The position numbers were made by a program, and so were the translations under genes. DNA of 63,948 nucleotides, the filler included, from Reclinomonas americana ATCC 50394 (Eukaryota): assembly GCA_048213135.1 (NCBI GenBank). It is 11 parts of 11 records of this genome, joined end to end, with 100 filler letters (N's around TTAATTAATTAA, not from the genome) between each part and the next. Parts side by side here need not be neighbours in the genome. Positions count along the whole stretch, not along the records: positions 1 to 2,311 come from AFZH01020853.1; positions 2,412 to 16,631 come from AFZH01020855.1; positions 16,732 to 30,117 come from AFZH01020857.1; 8 more parts are not named here. One strand, 5' to 3'. The notes below the pieces were generated by a model. That model had not been told where the DNA came from, searched no databases, and was given only the letters and a program-made list of their open reading frames with translations. Positions 1 through 25,402 of the stretch are shown one piece after another (position 1 is the first letter of the stretch; every line of letters begins with the position of its first letter).

Positions 1-519
1 TGCGATTGAGATGCTCGACACACTGTACGGACGCCACTTTGTCAGCGGTGCCAGTGACGAACTCAATCTGGTACGCATGTGTAAAACAATTTCATTTTTC
101 TCGGGTTCCTGACCTCGATCGAGCTACAGCCTGGCCATGTGGTCCGTCAAATCCGGGCCTCGTTCGGCAATGCCGCGGACGCCTCACCGGGCACCGATGT
201 GTTGCAACGAGTGTGCGCCGACGAGCCACTCCCCGACCTGTCGTCGTTCACTGCCGAAGACACGCCCGACGACCTGGCCACCTTCACCAATCGACGATAC
301 ACTGGCAGTGTGTTCTTCACGGCCGCCAAGCAGTGCCTCTTCATCTTGCGGTCAGGTACGCGACGCCTACCACCTGCAATGCCGTCTTCCATGGCTGCTC
401 GCTCACTTGTTGTTGTCGCAGACTGCTGGGCTCGCTTCCGCACCTCGCCGACGTACGTCAAGTACCTCGAACAGGGCAACGAACTGGCATTACGAACTGC
501 CGTTGCACTGACGCTGTAA
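1..519 (+). CDS. RGS-domain protein, 3' part (probably a 7TM-RGS paralog; 5' end lies outside the window)
   Basis: Spliced translation (introns ~71-129 and ~356-421) reads AIEMLDTLYGRHFVSGASDELNL|PGHVVRQI...VFFTAAKQCLFILRS|DCWARFRTSPTYVKYL. This matches the RGS consensus (IY..YI...AP.EVNI; F..AQ.EV..LM..D.W.RF..S..Y). Stop at 517-519. Confidence 0.8.
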
Positions 520-680
520 TGTGCTACAATCCACCAATCCTAGCCGGTGTTCTTCCGAGAGAGAGGAACGCCATAATGAATTCTTGTTGTAAGTTGTTGA
601 CCACACGTTTCGGACACGCATTCATTCATTGGTTGCGCAGTGTTTGTGTGTTGCGCGACGAGTGCGTGTCTGTGCTCGTC

Positions 681-2311
681 ATGGTGAGTGGTTTCGAATG
701 AAGAACGCAGACAAAGAGCGCATGTATGCGTGTGTGTGAGAGAGAGAGGAGAAGGCATCACAGACGCCTCGTGCTTGTCACCGCTTGACTGAGTTGATTA
801 TGTGCAGAACACACCCAGTGAACAGTGCCAACTCACCTTGCAGGTGCTGCGTGAGATCGCAGGGGCGAGCTATGTTGCGTCAGTCTCACTTGCATGTGTG
901 TGATTGCCCGTGATTGCTCATCCAATCGCGCACTAGTTGAAACCGAGTGTGATTGCAGTCTCCATCTCACTCGTTGCGCTGTACTCTGTAACTTCTGCTG
1001 GGTTCCTCACGTTGCGTGCACCAGAGGGAGAGAGAGGAGAGACTCGCTCTCACTCTCCGCATGCGCAGGTATGCTCGCCTGCGAGCGCTGCGACCTCGGT
1101 CGCCACTGCTCACCGCACTAGGCTTCGTGGCCATGGCCATCACCAGTGTGTTCTTGTTGGCATTCATCCTCCGACCACACTGCGTCATGCTGGTGTTTGC
1201 GCTGCCGGGTACGATTGTGCTTCTGGCGTCGCAGGTACTGGTCTTTGTTCCGACGACACCCTTGGAGATCATAACTGACCCGTCCCCTCGCCACAGTTTC
1301 TGCGTGCTCTCCGACTGCTGGCCCTCTTCCGAACGTCACGCAAGCAGTTCCTGCGTTATTTGCAAGACGTCGACACCTCGGTGGATCCTTCAGCCTCCAT
1401 CTCAACACTCACCCCACGCCTCGTCAAGTCGCAACCCGCGCTGTTTGGGAAAGCATCGTTCATTGCCGAGTCGTTCTACGTGTATGTGCTTCTCGGTGTT
1501 GTGGTGGCGGCACTCGGCGCCATCGCCATCGTTCTCAGCTTACGCATCCCGAATCTGTGGAACCCCAACTCGGCGCTGACAGACATTGAAGTGTGTGATT
1601 GCTATCATGCGGCGCACGACACTGTGACGGGCACCACTGTCGCATGTTGCGTTTGCATGCCCCATTTCTCCCTCACGCACGTGCACGAGTTGACCGTGCT
1701 GCTGTGCTGTGGGGTGCAGATATTCTCCTGTCGGCAATGCTGTTGCTGACATGCTACTGGCTGCGCGACATTAACGACTTGCTGAACGTGCGTTCCGAGA
1801 TTCTGCTGGTCGGCGCCACCAACTTGCCTTCTGGTACATGTGCGTCGGCGGGTTGATTGTCCTTTTACTGCCGTGCCCGTCTCGTGTCTCACATGGCCCC
1901 CCACCATTCGCAGTGACGCTCATTCTGTGGGTGATGGACAAGAACCCGCCTGCCTGGGCCTACGTCGCGAACGGCGTGCTGTTGGTCGTGGTGACGGCGG
2001 CCTGCTCGTTGTACATTTTGTACTACACCATGGCAGACAACCGTCTGCGCAGTCGATGGGACGCTGTGGCGGCGTCGGTGGGCAAACTGGAGGAGCCGCT
2101 TGTGGGTGGCCAACGGAGCGGTTTCTGCTCAGTATTGGTGGACGAAGAAGCGCGAGCCCTTTTCCGTCAGCATCTGGTCTCACAGATGGCTGTCGAGGTG
2201 TGTGTTGGGGGGGGGGGGGGGGGGAGGGGATACTCGTCCGTGTTGGTTTTGTATGTTTCAAACGACCCTCCCCTCCGTTACCGCCAGCACTTTGTCCTCG
2301 TTCCCTTCCGA
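681..2311 (+). CDS. 7TM-RGS protein (seven-TM receptor-like domain plus RGS domain), 3'-truncated by a gap
   Basis: Multi-exon gene with ~7 hydrophobic segments (VIAVSISLVALYSV; RPRSPLLTALGFVAMAITSVFLLAFIL; FYVYVLLGVVVAALGAIAIVL; ...RDINDLLNVRSEILLV; AYVANGVLLVVVTAACSLYILYY). These are followed by an RGS N-terminus, FCSVLVDEEARALFRQHLVSQMAVE, at ~2123-2197. The start codon is inferred from ATG|GTGAGT at 681. Confidence 0.75.
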
Positions 2312-2411
2312 NNNNNNNNNNNNNNNNNNNNNNNNNNNNNNNNNNNNNNNNNNNNTTAATTAATTAANNNNNNNNNNNNNNNNNNNNNNNNNNNNNNNNN
2401 NNNNNNNNNNN
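2312..2411. other. Artificial scaffold-gap spacer N44-TTAATTAATTAA-N44 (also at 16632-16731, 30118-30217, 34912-35011, 43638-43737, 47847-47946, 53744-53843, 59740-59839, 61381-61480, 62763-62862)
   Basis: The same 100-nt structure occurs ten times, and the 12-mer places stop codons in all six frames. Several genes (NAA15, cathepsin, RIIa) continue colinearly across the spacers, so contigs are ordered within a scaffold. Confidence 0.97.
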
Positions 2412-2435
2412 TGTGGGGGGCAGAGACCCTGCTTG

Positions 2436-3699
2436 TCATACTACATGCACGTGTGTGCTCACGTGAGTGCTTGCTTCAGAGGCGGTGGCGGCGGCCGTGG
2501 CGGCGGGCGCGGTGGAGGTCGGGGGTGATTTGCTGGTAGGTTCTCTCCCATTGCCAGTCTCTTCGCTGTCGAATGTATGCACGCTAGCGGGGCAAGTAAC
2601 ACTCTGATTGTCGTACACTGTTTTCGGGTCTCACCGCACACGCGTTGCTGTGCAAGAGAGTGGGAGAGGATTGAGGCGAGGAGAACTACAGGGCGGCGTG
2701 GTCACGCTTGTCGAAAAAACGCAACGTTTCTCGGCATCGATCTTGGTCTTGAGCGCGAGTGCGCAGTAGCTCGCCAGCACCTGGATCATGCTGTAGACCA
2801 CGAGAATGGCGGTGCCCACGGCGAGGATGGTTTTGTCCTGATCGCAGATCTGCAGAACACACTAGCGTTGGTGTGCGGGAGAGGAGGATTGTGTTGTGCA
2901 GCGTTGTTGCGCACCTCCTTGGGGAAGGCCTTGCAGCCTGTGCCTTGCAGGTCCTTGGCTGCACAGAGCACACACAGTGAGCTCGACCTCACAAGCATCA
3001 GATCATTAGCGCACGCTCACACCTGTGCACGTGTTTGTGGCGATGCACGGAAGCTTGTCACACTACGGCCCACCCCCCAGACACACACAAGATGAGCTCC
3101 AGCCTCCTTCATCGTCGCACACAAAGAGACGCAACGTGTCTCCAGTCGGCATAGTTGAAGTCACATCCCACCGACAGCACCGTGAAGCCAATGAGGAAGG
3201 CGGCAACGACCACAGTCAACGACAACACACTCGACAAGTAGTACTGCGGAGACAGGTGAGTTGACTCACAGACTCGCTCATTCTCTCTTCTTGCTTCCCA
3301 CTCAAGTCGCAACATACAGCAGCATACTTCGGTACCCACAACATGAGCCAATGATGCCCAGCAGCGCTGGTATGAACAACAACGAGCCTGCGCCAACAAC
3401 AGGTAAGAGCTCTGAAGAGATGAGAGAGTGACAGAGAGAGAGCACACTCACCCGCACACAGTCCACCAATGAAGGTAAAGTCATGACGGTGACCCTCCAG
3501 CACAACAAACACAATCAGCCCAATGCTACCAAGCTGCGCACAGTGTGTCAGAGACAGAGTGAAGGAATGAATGAGTGAAAGAAACAAGCGCAACTGCTTG
3601 GAAAATGGAGAGAAAGTACACGCCACACTCCAGTGCGCGACGGCCTTTTCCCTGTCTCCCACGCTCCTCGGGGAGTTTACGATGCCGTGGACCTGACAT
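2436..3699 (-). CDS. Four-TM tetraspanin-like membrane protein with a Cys-rich large loop
   Basis: Spliced model: MSGPRHRKLPEE...|LGSIGLIVFVVL...|LLFIPALLGIIGSCCGYRSMLL|YYLSSVLSLTVVVAAFLIGFTVLSVGCDFNYADWRH|CDKLPCIATNTCT|AKDLQGTGCKAFPKE|ICDQDKTILAVGTAILVVYSMIQVLASYCALALK. It has 4 TM segments and 6 Cys in the TM3-TM4 loop. The 3' end is uncertain. Confidence 0.6.
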
Positions 3700-3786
3700 C
3701 CCTCGCTGATGATGATTTTTCGCGCGCACAACAGAAGTAACAACAACGAAGCAGGACACGAGTGGATATCGCGAGCGACAAGACGT

Positions 3787-4777
3787 TCATTGCCGGTGCG
3801 GTAATCTGGGCGGAGGAGCCAGACGAGCAAGTTGCGCATCGTCGACTTCCTCCATGGCGCGCGGGGCATCGTCGTCGCCATCGCCGTTCTTGCGAGCGGA
3901 GGCCCGAGCGCGACGTCGCGAACGTCGATCCTCGCGTGCCTCCAGCTCCATCGACATGCGAGCCTCGCGTACGACGGGCTGCAAGCCGCGCTTCTTCTGC
4001 TTCTTCAGGCGCTTCGCCAGGACCACACGAAGCGGTCCTTTCAGTGCTGCAATGGTCTCCTCCGGCTTGACTTTCGGTGGCACCGAACCAGAGGACGCCG
4101 ACAGCGGATCGTCCATGGCCAGCACCGCCTCAAAGTGCGCCTGCTGCTCGCATGTGGCCAACTCGGCGGCATGTCGCGCTGTCTGCTCCTCCTCCAAGGT
4201 CTTGCATTGCAACAGGATGCTCTTTCGCGCGTCCTTTTGCGATCGATGCGCACGCAGCCTGCCTGTCACGGTCAGAGAGATGGTAGGCAATCGACACTAG
4301 ACAAAAAAAAACAACACACCGATCATTACGCAGCGCGCGGATCTGTGCACGTAGCGCCTTCCACTCGCGCTTGTGTCGTTGCAGGATTTGACCGCGTGTC
4401 TCTGGCCGATCGCCATTCATGACCACTTCCTCCTCTTCCTCTTCCTCATCGTCATCATCATTGTCGGCATCATCATCGGCATCATCATCCACATCCACAT
4501 CATCGTCGACAGCACGTCCACTGCCAGTCATCATCTCGTCGTCACCGTCCTCGATCATTCTCCACTCGGCGGCCACCGCCTTCTTCTTGTGCGACTGATG
4601 AGGCTGCTGTTGTTGCTGGTGGTGGTGGTGCTGTTGCTGCTGTTGCTGCTTCTGCTTCCGCGCCAGTTGCACGCGGCGCTTGAGACGATCGACCAGTGTC
4701 ACTCGCTCACTACCCGTCATCTCCGCATCACCATCGTCATCCACGTGAGCATCGTCGACCATTGCTTGTGATGGCAT
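3787..4777 (-). CDS. Charged/coiled-coil protein resembling the OTUD6B/Otu2 N-terminal region; no OTU catalytic domain seen
   Basis: Two exons (intron ~4263-4320). ETRGQILQRHKREWKALRAQIRALR...ILLQCKTLEEEQTARHAAEL resembles the OTUD6B N-terminus. It also has poly-Q/H and acidic tracts. Stop at 3787. Confidence 0.55.
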
Positions 4778-5077
4778 GTACGCCGGCTGGTGGCGCACGC
4801 GCCGTGAGAGACGCGGACCCGACTGACGTGGCATTGTTTTCTGTGAGTGGTGGTGGTGGGCAAGTCAGTGATGTGAATGTGCACATGGCGGCGCGACTTG
4901 GCACGCCCGACACGCGCGCGCATGCTGACATCGGTGCGCTAATATGTGTACGTGTGTATGTGTGAGTGTGTGGTCTACGCACCGCAGCAACCGGAACGCG
5001 TGTCGGGGGTTGTTTGTCGGGTTTGCCGGATTCCAATCCGTCACCGATGTCGTCGATCGATCGCAGTCAAACTTGCG

Positions 5078-11842
<6,765 letters not shown>

Positions 11843-12051
11843 CGTCGAATCGGGGCAAGCAAGCGCGAAGCAGCTCCATCACAGCTGCAGATCGAGGCGC
11901 CTTTTGGCCCTGCTCAACAGAAATAGAGACGCTTGCGTAGACGCTGCGTGCTGAGAGGAAACGCAGCAGACCATCGTGAAGTGAAAGTTCGATATCACTC
12001 GTCAGGCAGGTGTTGTGAGGAGCAAGGGGGGCGGCGGATGCGTGTTGTGAC

Positions 12052-15000
12052 ATGTGTGCCTCCCCGTTGCCGCCGCCGCTGACGGCCCTCCCGGCTGTGC
12101 GACGGGCCAGCAGCCGCCGCGCCAGCGCCATTCACAACCGTCTGTGTGAGATCTTTCGACAGCCTCGCGCGCCACTCAGTCCGCGACACTCGCCAGCCAG
12201 CGGCGACTCCTCCGACTCGCACGCAGCAGGCACGCCTTTCCTTCTGCGGCATCGAGCGCGATCACAACACGACGATGATGACTACGATGAGGCGACCTCC
12301 ACTGCATCCGCCTGGTCTCCACAGTCGCCTCTGACGCCGCCAACAGCCGCAGCTGATGCCGCTACACTGTTGATGAACTCGCACCAGCAGCAGCAGCGCA
12401 AAACATTGTCACCAGTGGAACTGGATGTCGATCAAGACGACGATGGTGATGATGATGATGATGATGATGATTATGAAGATGTGGCATCGTCAGTGTCGGA
12501 GGATGACCAGGATGAGCGCGATGTGCCTCCACCGCCCCCGCCATGGCCCAAGGCACTGGAGGCATTGGCCGGCGTGTCTCCACCTCCGCGTCGTCTGCTG
12601 GTCTCCCGCGAGGCACCTCTTCTGTCGCCTCCCTTGTCGTCGTCTTCCTCGTCGTCGTCGCCGTTGGTGTGGACTCCACGATTGTTGATGGCCGGTAATG
12701 TGGCGGTACATGTGCCGTCGAGGTCTTTGTCCAGCGCGACAGGCCCGCTGGCGCTGGCACAGTTGCCGGTAGAACCGCCACCAGTGCCACCGCAGTGGTC
12801 GCCGCCGTCGGTGCGCCCGCAGCTGAACACCACGCTGCTTGTGCCGCCACCATCACAACAACAACAAGAGCAGCAGTCGGCGGCGGCGCCGTCGCTGGTT
12901 GTTCCTACAGGAGCCCCATCGCGGTTCCCGTTGCCCGTCATGAGCTCCGCCTCCCCGTCGACGTTCATCGACGATGTGCCGCTGCTGGTGCGCGCGCCTC
13001 TCCATTTGTTTTTTGACGAGGTTTGCCTCCGACACGCACCGCCCACGCTCTTCCCCGTTCCCGCAGGTGTCGGCTCAAGTACCGCAAAGGAACTTTACTC
13101 CGGTGAACTGGCTGACGCTTCCACTCGCTGTGTGGCTGCGTATCATTGAATTCCAGACACTGTCACCCGGCGACGCGCTGGTTCGATTCAGCTGCGTCTC
13201 GCACCGCTGGTACCAGTTCTGGAGTCGACCCGTGGTATGGCGACGCATTCCGGTATTCCCCGGCACGAAACGCGTACGAGAGCTCACGGAGCACTCGGCA
13301 CGCGAGACCTACCTTACGCTGCGAGAGCGGTGCGTACACACCATCAGTCGCCAGCATGGCACGCAGGCCCTTTTTTTCACCTCCTTGTTTTTGTATTCAG
13401 GCACTACGTGGCCTCCAGTCCGTGTGTCGCCAGCGTGCTCACGTGCTGCAGTGCACGCTTGATAATGTCGTCGCTGATGAACCACGCCATCCCGTTCATG
13501 GTCCTGCTGTGGACAGTTGGCTGCGTCATCAACTCTATCCGCCCACTGCTGCCGTGGTCGATAGTGTTCATCCCACTCGATGTTGCCGCAGCCTTGTGGT
13601 GAGTGCCCAATCTCCACTTCTCTCCCCGTGCCCGCATTGACCCTGAGTTTGTATGTCATCTGTGTAGCTGCTGGTCGAGCCTGTGGAGATGGGTTGTGCA
13701 CACATTCCCCAGCTGGTCCAATTCGTGGCTCTCCTGGTTGCTGCTGCAACATTCCATGTTCGACAATCGTTTTCTCCGGGGACGGCTCATGAGTTTTGCC
13801 GACCTGTTTGTTGCGTTCACATGGATGTCACGCACCACACACAGCTGTCGCTCATCGTAATCGGCCGACGCAGCTCTTTGACGGATTCGAGAACCAGAGC
13901 TACTCACTCACCAACATGATCTTCAGCGGCGCCTTCTTGGCCACTTCGCTCGGCTTCACCGCACACCTGTCGGACAGCAGTTTTCCCACCAAGCTGTCGG
14001 CGTGGCTCTATGTCTTTGTGCCGTACTATGTTTGTTACGCCTGCCTGCTGGTGGTGGTGGTTCGAAGCCACCTGCGCACCATGCGATTCCTCGATTACAT
14101 TCGCGAGTATGCGACGGCGGCACTCGTGCGGCGGAGGGAGTCGCGCTTTGTCTTGCGGACAGCACGGCGCAACAGCAGTGCTCGCTTGCCCTCCGTGCGG
14201 GACATTGAGATGGGCCAGCTGGGTCGTCCAGGTGCACAAGACGTCGGCTAGCTGTCACATGACGGATGAACATTCTGACCCATTCGTTTTCTTCTGTGCT
14301 GCAGTGTCGGCAAGCCAGATTGCTCTGCTGCAACCCGACGACGACGACGACGGTGCGCGACCGCGGTTACCGGTGGTCATCATGCCACCGGCACCACAAG
14401 TGGCCGACGCCGATCCACTTGTCGACACGGACGCCGTGTTCCCGGTGTGGGCACCCACTGGCCGCTGGCGGATACTGACGGCCGCCGATGTGCTCGCCAA
14501 GCATGCCTCCAAGTTCTCCAACGTCGCCAAGGCCATGTCCGTCTACCGACTGCTGTTTGTGGTCACGGTTTCCGTGCCAGTGGTAGTGTTCCCGCTGTGG
14601 ATCGGAGCGCTGGTGCCGTCCACTTCGTGGCTCGGTCAAGCGTTGCGTTTCCGGCAATGGGTTCTCGTGGGTCTCGCGTGTTGTTCATGGTCTTCTTACT
14701 GCTCGTGCTCGACAGTTTGGTGTCGGCTCCGCTCACTGTCTCGTGGGTGTTTCTGTTCATGGTCGCCGTGGTTGCCAGTCGTTTCGATGATGTTGCGTTG
14801 ACGCAGGGAGGGTCATCGGAGTCGCGCAGTGCTGACTGTGAGGCGCCTGCAGCTGGTGTTGCAGACGTATCGTGCGAGTGAGTGGCGACTGTCGCGACTG
14901 CGATTGCGACTCACCGGCGCCGCCATTGCTTCGTGCTTCTGCGCGTCGTTCGTTCTCAACTTTTACATTCATCTCTGGCCCGTTCTCGGTGCGTCTGTTC

Positions 15001-15194
15001 GTTAAGCAGCACACCTCCATCTTGCAATGCGCTGAACCATATTCTCCTCATGCACAGCCTTCCAAGGGTGGATCGTAATGTCGCCGTTCTTGGTGATTCC
15101 GGGCATCGTGGCGGCCAGTTACGCCCTCGGCAACTGTTTGCGCATCCTTGCTTTCGGTAGTTGGAGTGTCGTGCTGAGCTTGGCACTTAGTTAG
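12052..15194 (+). CDS. F-box protein with a long Pro/Ser/Asp-rich N-terminus and multi-pass TM C-terminus (TMEM185/203-like W..VF.P motifs)
   Basis: After intron 13021-13066: NWLTLPLAVWLRIIEFQTLSPGDALVRFSCVSHRWYQFWSRPVVWRRI (F-box). Then TM segments LPWSIVFIPLDV, AWLYVFVPYYVCY, VPVVVFPLWIG and WIVMSPFLVIPG. Apparent frame break near 14670-14690; 3' exons are uncertain. Confidence 0.65.
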
Positions 15195-15425
15195 GTGTGT
15201 TATCTCTCTCTCTCTCTCTCCTCTATTCCGTGTGTACCATGTTATCACTTGTTGTTTGTGTGCGTGTTTAATAATGCAATGTAAAATCTAAACAATTCAA
15301 GATGAGTGTCAGGGGAGGGCCTTGTTCACTTTCGCGCTCTCTCTCTCTCTCTCTAGATACTGCACAAGCGATCTGACGACTCAAACAAACAAACAAACAC
15401 GCACACCGGACGGCAGAGATCATCG

Positions 15426-16631
15426 TCATTCGTCGCCAGCCACCGCAGCAAACATGCGCTTGTACATGCCCTTCTCCCGCTGGTGATACTCGGCCTCGGT
15501 GCGATTGAGTAGTTGCAGGCCGGCCAGCAGCGAAGCATCGCCTGGGTTGTGGGCGAGGGCCTGCTCGTAGTCCTGGCGCGACTTGGCATACTCAGTCAAC
15601 GACATGTACGCCTGTGCGCGGCGGTAGAGGGCTTTTGGGTTGTTGGCCGACAGCTCCAGCGACTTGGTGCACTTGTCGACCGCGTCGCGGAAGCGGCCGA
15701 GCTTCAGCAAGCTTGCCGCCTGATTCAGATTCAGCACGGCGTTGAGGGAGTTGGAACGCTCGCGCTCGCTATCCGACATGCCGTACAGGTACTCGAGGAA
15801 CTTGGCGGCCGCCTCGTACGCCTTGAGCGAGCCGTCCCAGTTGCCGGCCTTGAACAGGTCGTTGCCCTCCTCCTTCTTTGCCGCCGCCTTCTCCACCTTC
15901 TCCTCGAACGACATTTCCCACGGCTGACGCTCGCGCTCCTTGACCTCCAGCAGCTCCACGTCTGCAGAGTTTATCATTGTGAGAAAACCGATAAAACAGT
16001 GGAGACGATACAACTCGCTTCTCACCAAACACCAGCGTCGCGCCACCGGCGATCTTTGGTGGCGAGCCGCGCTCGCCGTACGCGTACTTGGCCTCGCACG
16101 TGAGCACCGCATGCTCTCCCACGCGCATGGTCGCCACTACCGACCCCCCAAAGTCAGCAAGAGATTGGGGAAACAATACGCTCTGCTGCGATAACGAAAG
16201 CACTCACCGCCTTGATCCCACGCCTTGATGACCTCGCTGCGGCCGATGGTAAACTCAAACGGATCACCCCGGTCGCGCGACGAGTCAAACTTGTCGCCGT
16301 TGCTCGCCAGTGTGCCCGTGTAGTGCACCCTGCAAGAGCACGCTCATCATCAGCACAAGAGCGTGAAGAGGAAACAATGAGACCAGAGACAAGAGAGAGA
16401 CAGACGCAACACCACACGCTGGCCCTTGCGCGGGTACGCGCCATCGCCCAGACGCAAGATCTTCTTCTTCACACCGCCATCGCCCGAGATGTCAATCTCG
16501 TCGCCCTCCTTGGCGTTCTGCACACGAGCACCACACTCTTCATCATCACAGCTCATCTTGTCATCATCGCTCTCATCCACATTGTCACCAAATGGGCGAC
16601 GATGATGATGATGGTAGTGATAGTGATGATT
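15426..16631 (-). CDS. FKBP-type peptidyl-prolyl isomerase with TPR domain (FKBP35/FKBP4-like); 5' end at a gap
   Basis: [16 protein letters not shown]...[48 protein letters not shown]...[25 protein letters not shown], then [14 protein letters not shown]...[11 protein letters not shown]. Stop at 15426. Confidence 0.93.
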
Positions 16632-16731
16632 NNNNNNNNNNNNNNNNNNNNNNNNNNNNNNNNNNNNNNNNNNNNTTAATTAATTAANNNNNNNNNNNNN
16701 NNNNNNNNNNNNNNNNNNNNNNNNNNNNNNN

Positions 16732-17665
16732 CGGGAGACAAAGAGACAACAACCGGGAGAGACGAACCCGCGATACACGGTAATAATCTTTGGATCGAGC
16801 TCACGGCAGGCCGCTACATACATATACACACACACGCGCGCTGAATGAGCACAGACAGCGTGCCGGGTCGACATACAACACCTCAGCGCAACGAGGAATG
16901 CTCGGATCATCCATGGCCTCTGCTCTCGCCGCAATGCGCTCCTTCTCCTCAAACTTGGCCATAATCACATCCGCCAGTGTCTGCTGCTCACGCCGTGACG
17001 AGGGCATCAGAGCGGCCAGAGCAGCCTCATCGCTCTCGTCGATTTGCTGCACAGCATGCGTAAGCGACGAGTGACAAGAGTGTCCAGTGACTGCACGCTC
17101 ACCAACTCCTCTGAGAGACTCTCGGCATCTGAGAAGTCACTCTCTGACATCGAGTCGACATCCACTGAGCCTGCACCGACCATCGGAGCATCACGACTGG
17201 TGTCGACGATCAGCACACGTGATCACACACTCTTGCGAGTCAAAACGCATACACACCGCTTCTCCTCATCATCCAGCTCCGCACGCTGTCTCCTGGCCAG
17301 CTTGGTGATACGCCGAGCGTCCTTCTCTGTCATGTGCTGCAGAGTGTGTGAGCGGCCATGTGCACATTCACATGCACAGACTTGACACCCTTCTCCCCCC
17401 AAACCAGCTCATCGGCATCATCGTCATCTCCATCGTCCTTGTGCGCGGCTGCGGCTGCTGCAGTGGTGCCAGTGCCGACCGACGACGCTGTCTTTCTCCT
17501 CTTCTTCACGAGCTGCTTGGCTCCGCTCGGGTCGTGCTCCAGTGGGCCCTCGTCCTCGCCATCGTCGGCCCTGCTCTTCTTGGAGGTGGCGTACTGATCG
17601 GCAATGATCTGCTCGCCGAGTGGATCGTGCCGTTGGCTCTGCTTCGAGGTCTTGGCGCGTGGCAT
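16732..17665 (-). CDS. BYSL: Bystin (40S ribosome biogenesis factor), 5' part; remainder lost in a gap
   Basis: MPRAK...RHDPLGEQI...; TEKDARRITKLARRQRAEL; QTLADVIMAKFEEKE; ELDPKIITVYRG. These are characteristic bystin/Enp1 motifs. Confidence 0.85.
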
Positions 17666-18228
17666 GGTGTGATTGGAGAGGTGTGTTGGTCGTTTGGTTT
17701 GATCGTCGACATGCTTTGGATTGTCGCGTGCATGCGCAGGTGGGATGTACATGCTGGTCAGTGGTGAGTGCAGCAGGCGACGCAGCGACTGCAGCGAGGG
17801 GTCCGAAGGCATACGGAGAACGAAACATGACAAACATGACAACCCGCCACAACAAGGCCATGGGGCAGGGATCTATCTCGGGAGGGTTCTTTTTTTGGCT
17901 CCCCCACAGTGATCCCTCAGAATCTGCGACCGCCCACGCGAGCTAGACAGGTCGACCACACCGGTGAAGGCCGTTTGTTGGACAACCGTGGAAAAGGGTC
18001 TATTTCAAGACCCGGCAGATATCGCAAATTTTTCAATCGCGACCGAGAGACGACAACTTCCTGCCACTGAGTTTCGCTCTCACTCTTCGCCCCTGTGTGT
18101 GTGTGTGACACGTGTCACCCACTTGCTGCGTGTGTGCATAGACACAACTCAACGAGTGATTAATGTTGCAAGAACGCTCACGTGTCGACGCTGCTGCCGC
18201 TGCGCATGTGGCGGTGCGTGATCACGAC

Positions 18229-25286
<7,058 letters not shown>

Positions 25287-25402
25287 GTGACACACGTAGC
25301 CATCGGTGAGTGAGAGGATGAATGAGTGAAGCCCCTGCAATTCCCCTTTTTGTGATGTTTCGGAGGCCGGCGCATTGCATTCGATCTAAACACGGGCACC
25401 AC

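Noticed and set aside
2356..2367. Repeated palindromic TTAATTAATTAA elements
   Set aside because: Always centred in N44...N44 blocks; an artificial six-frame stop linker, not biology.
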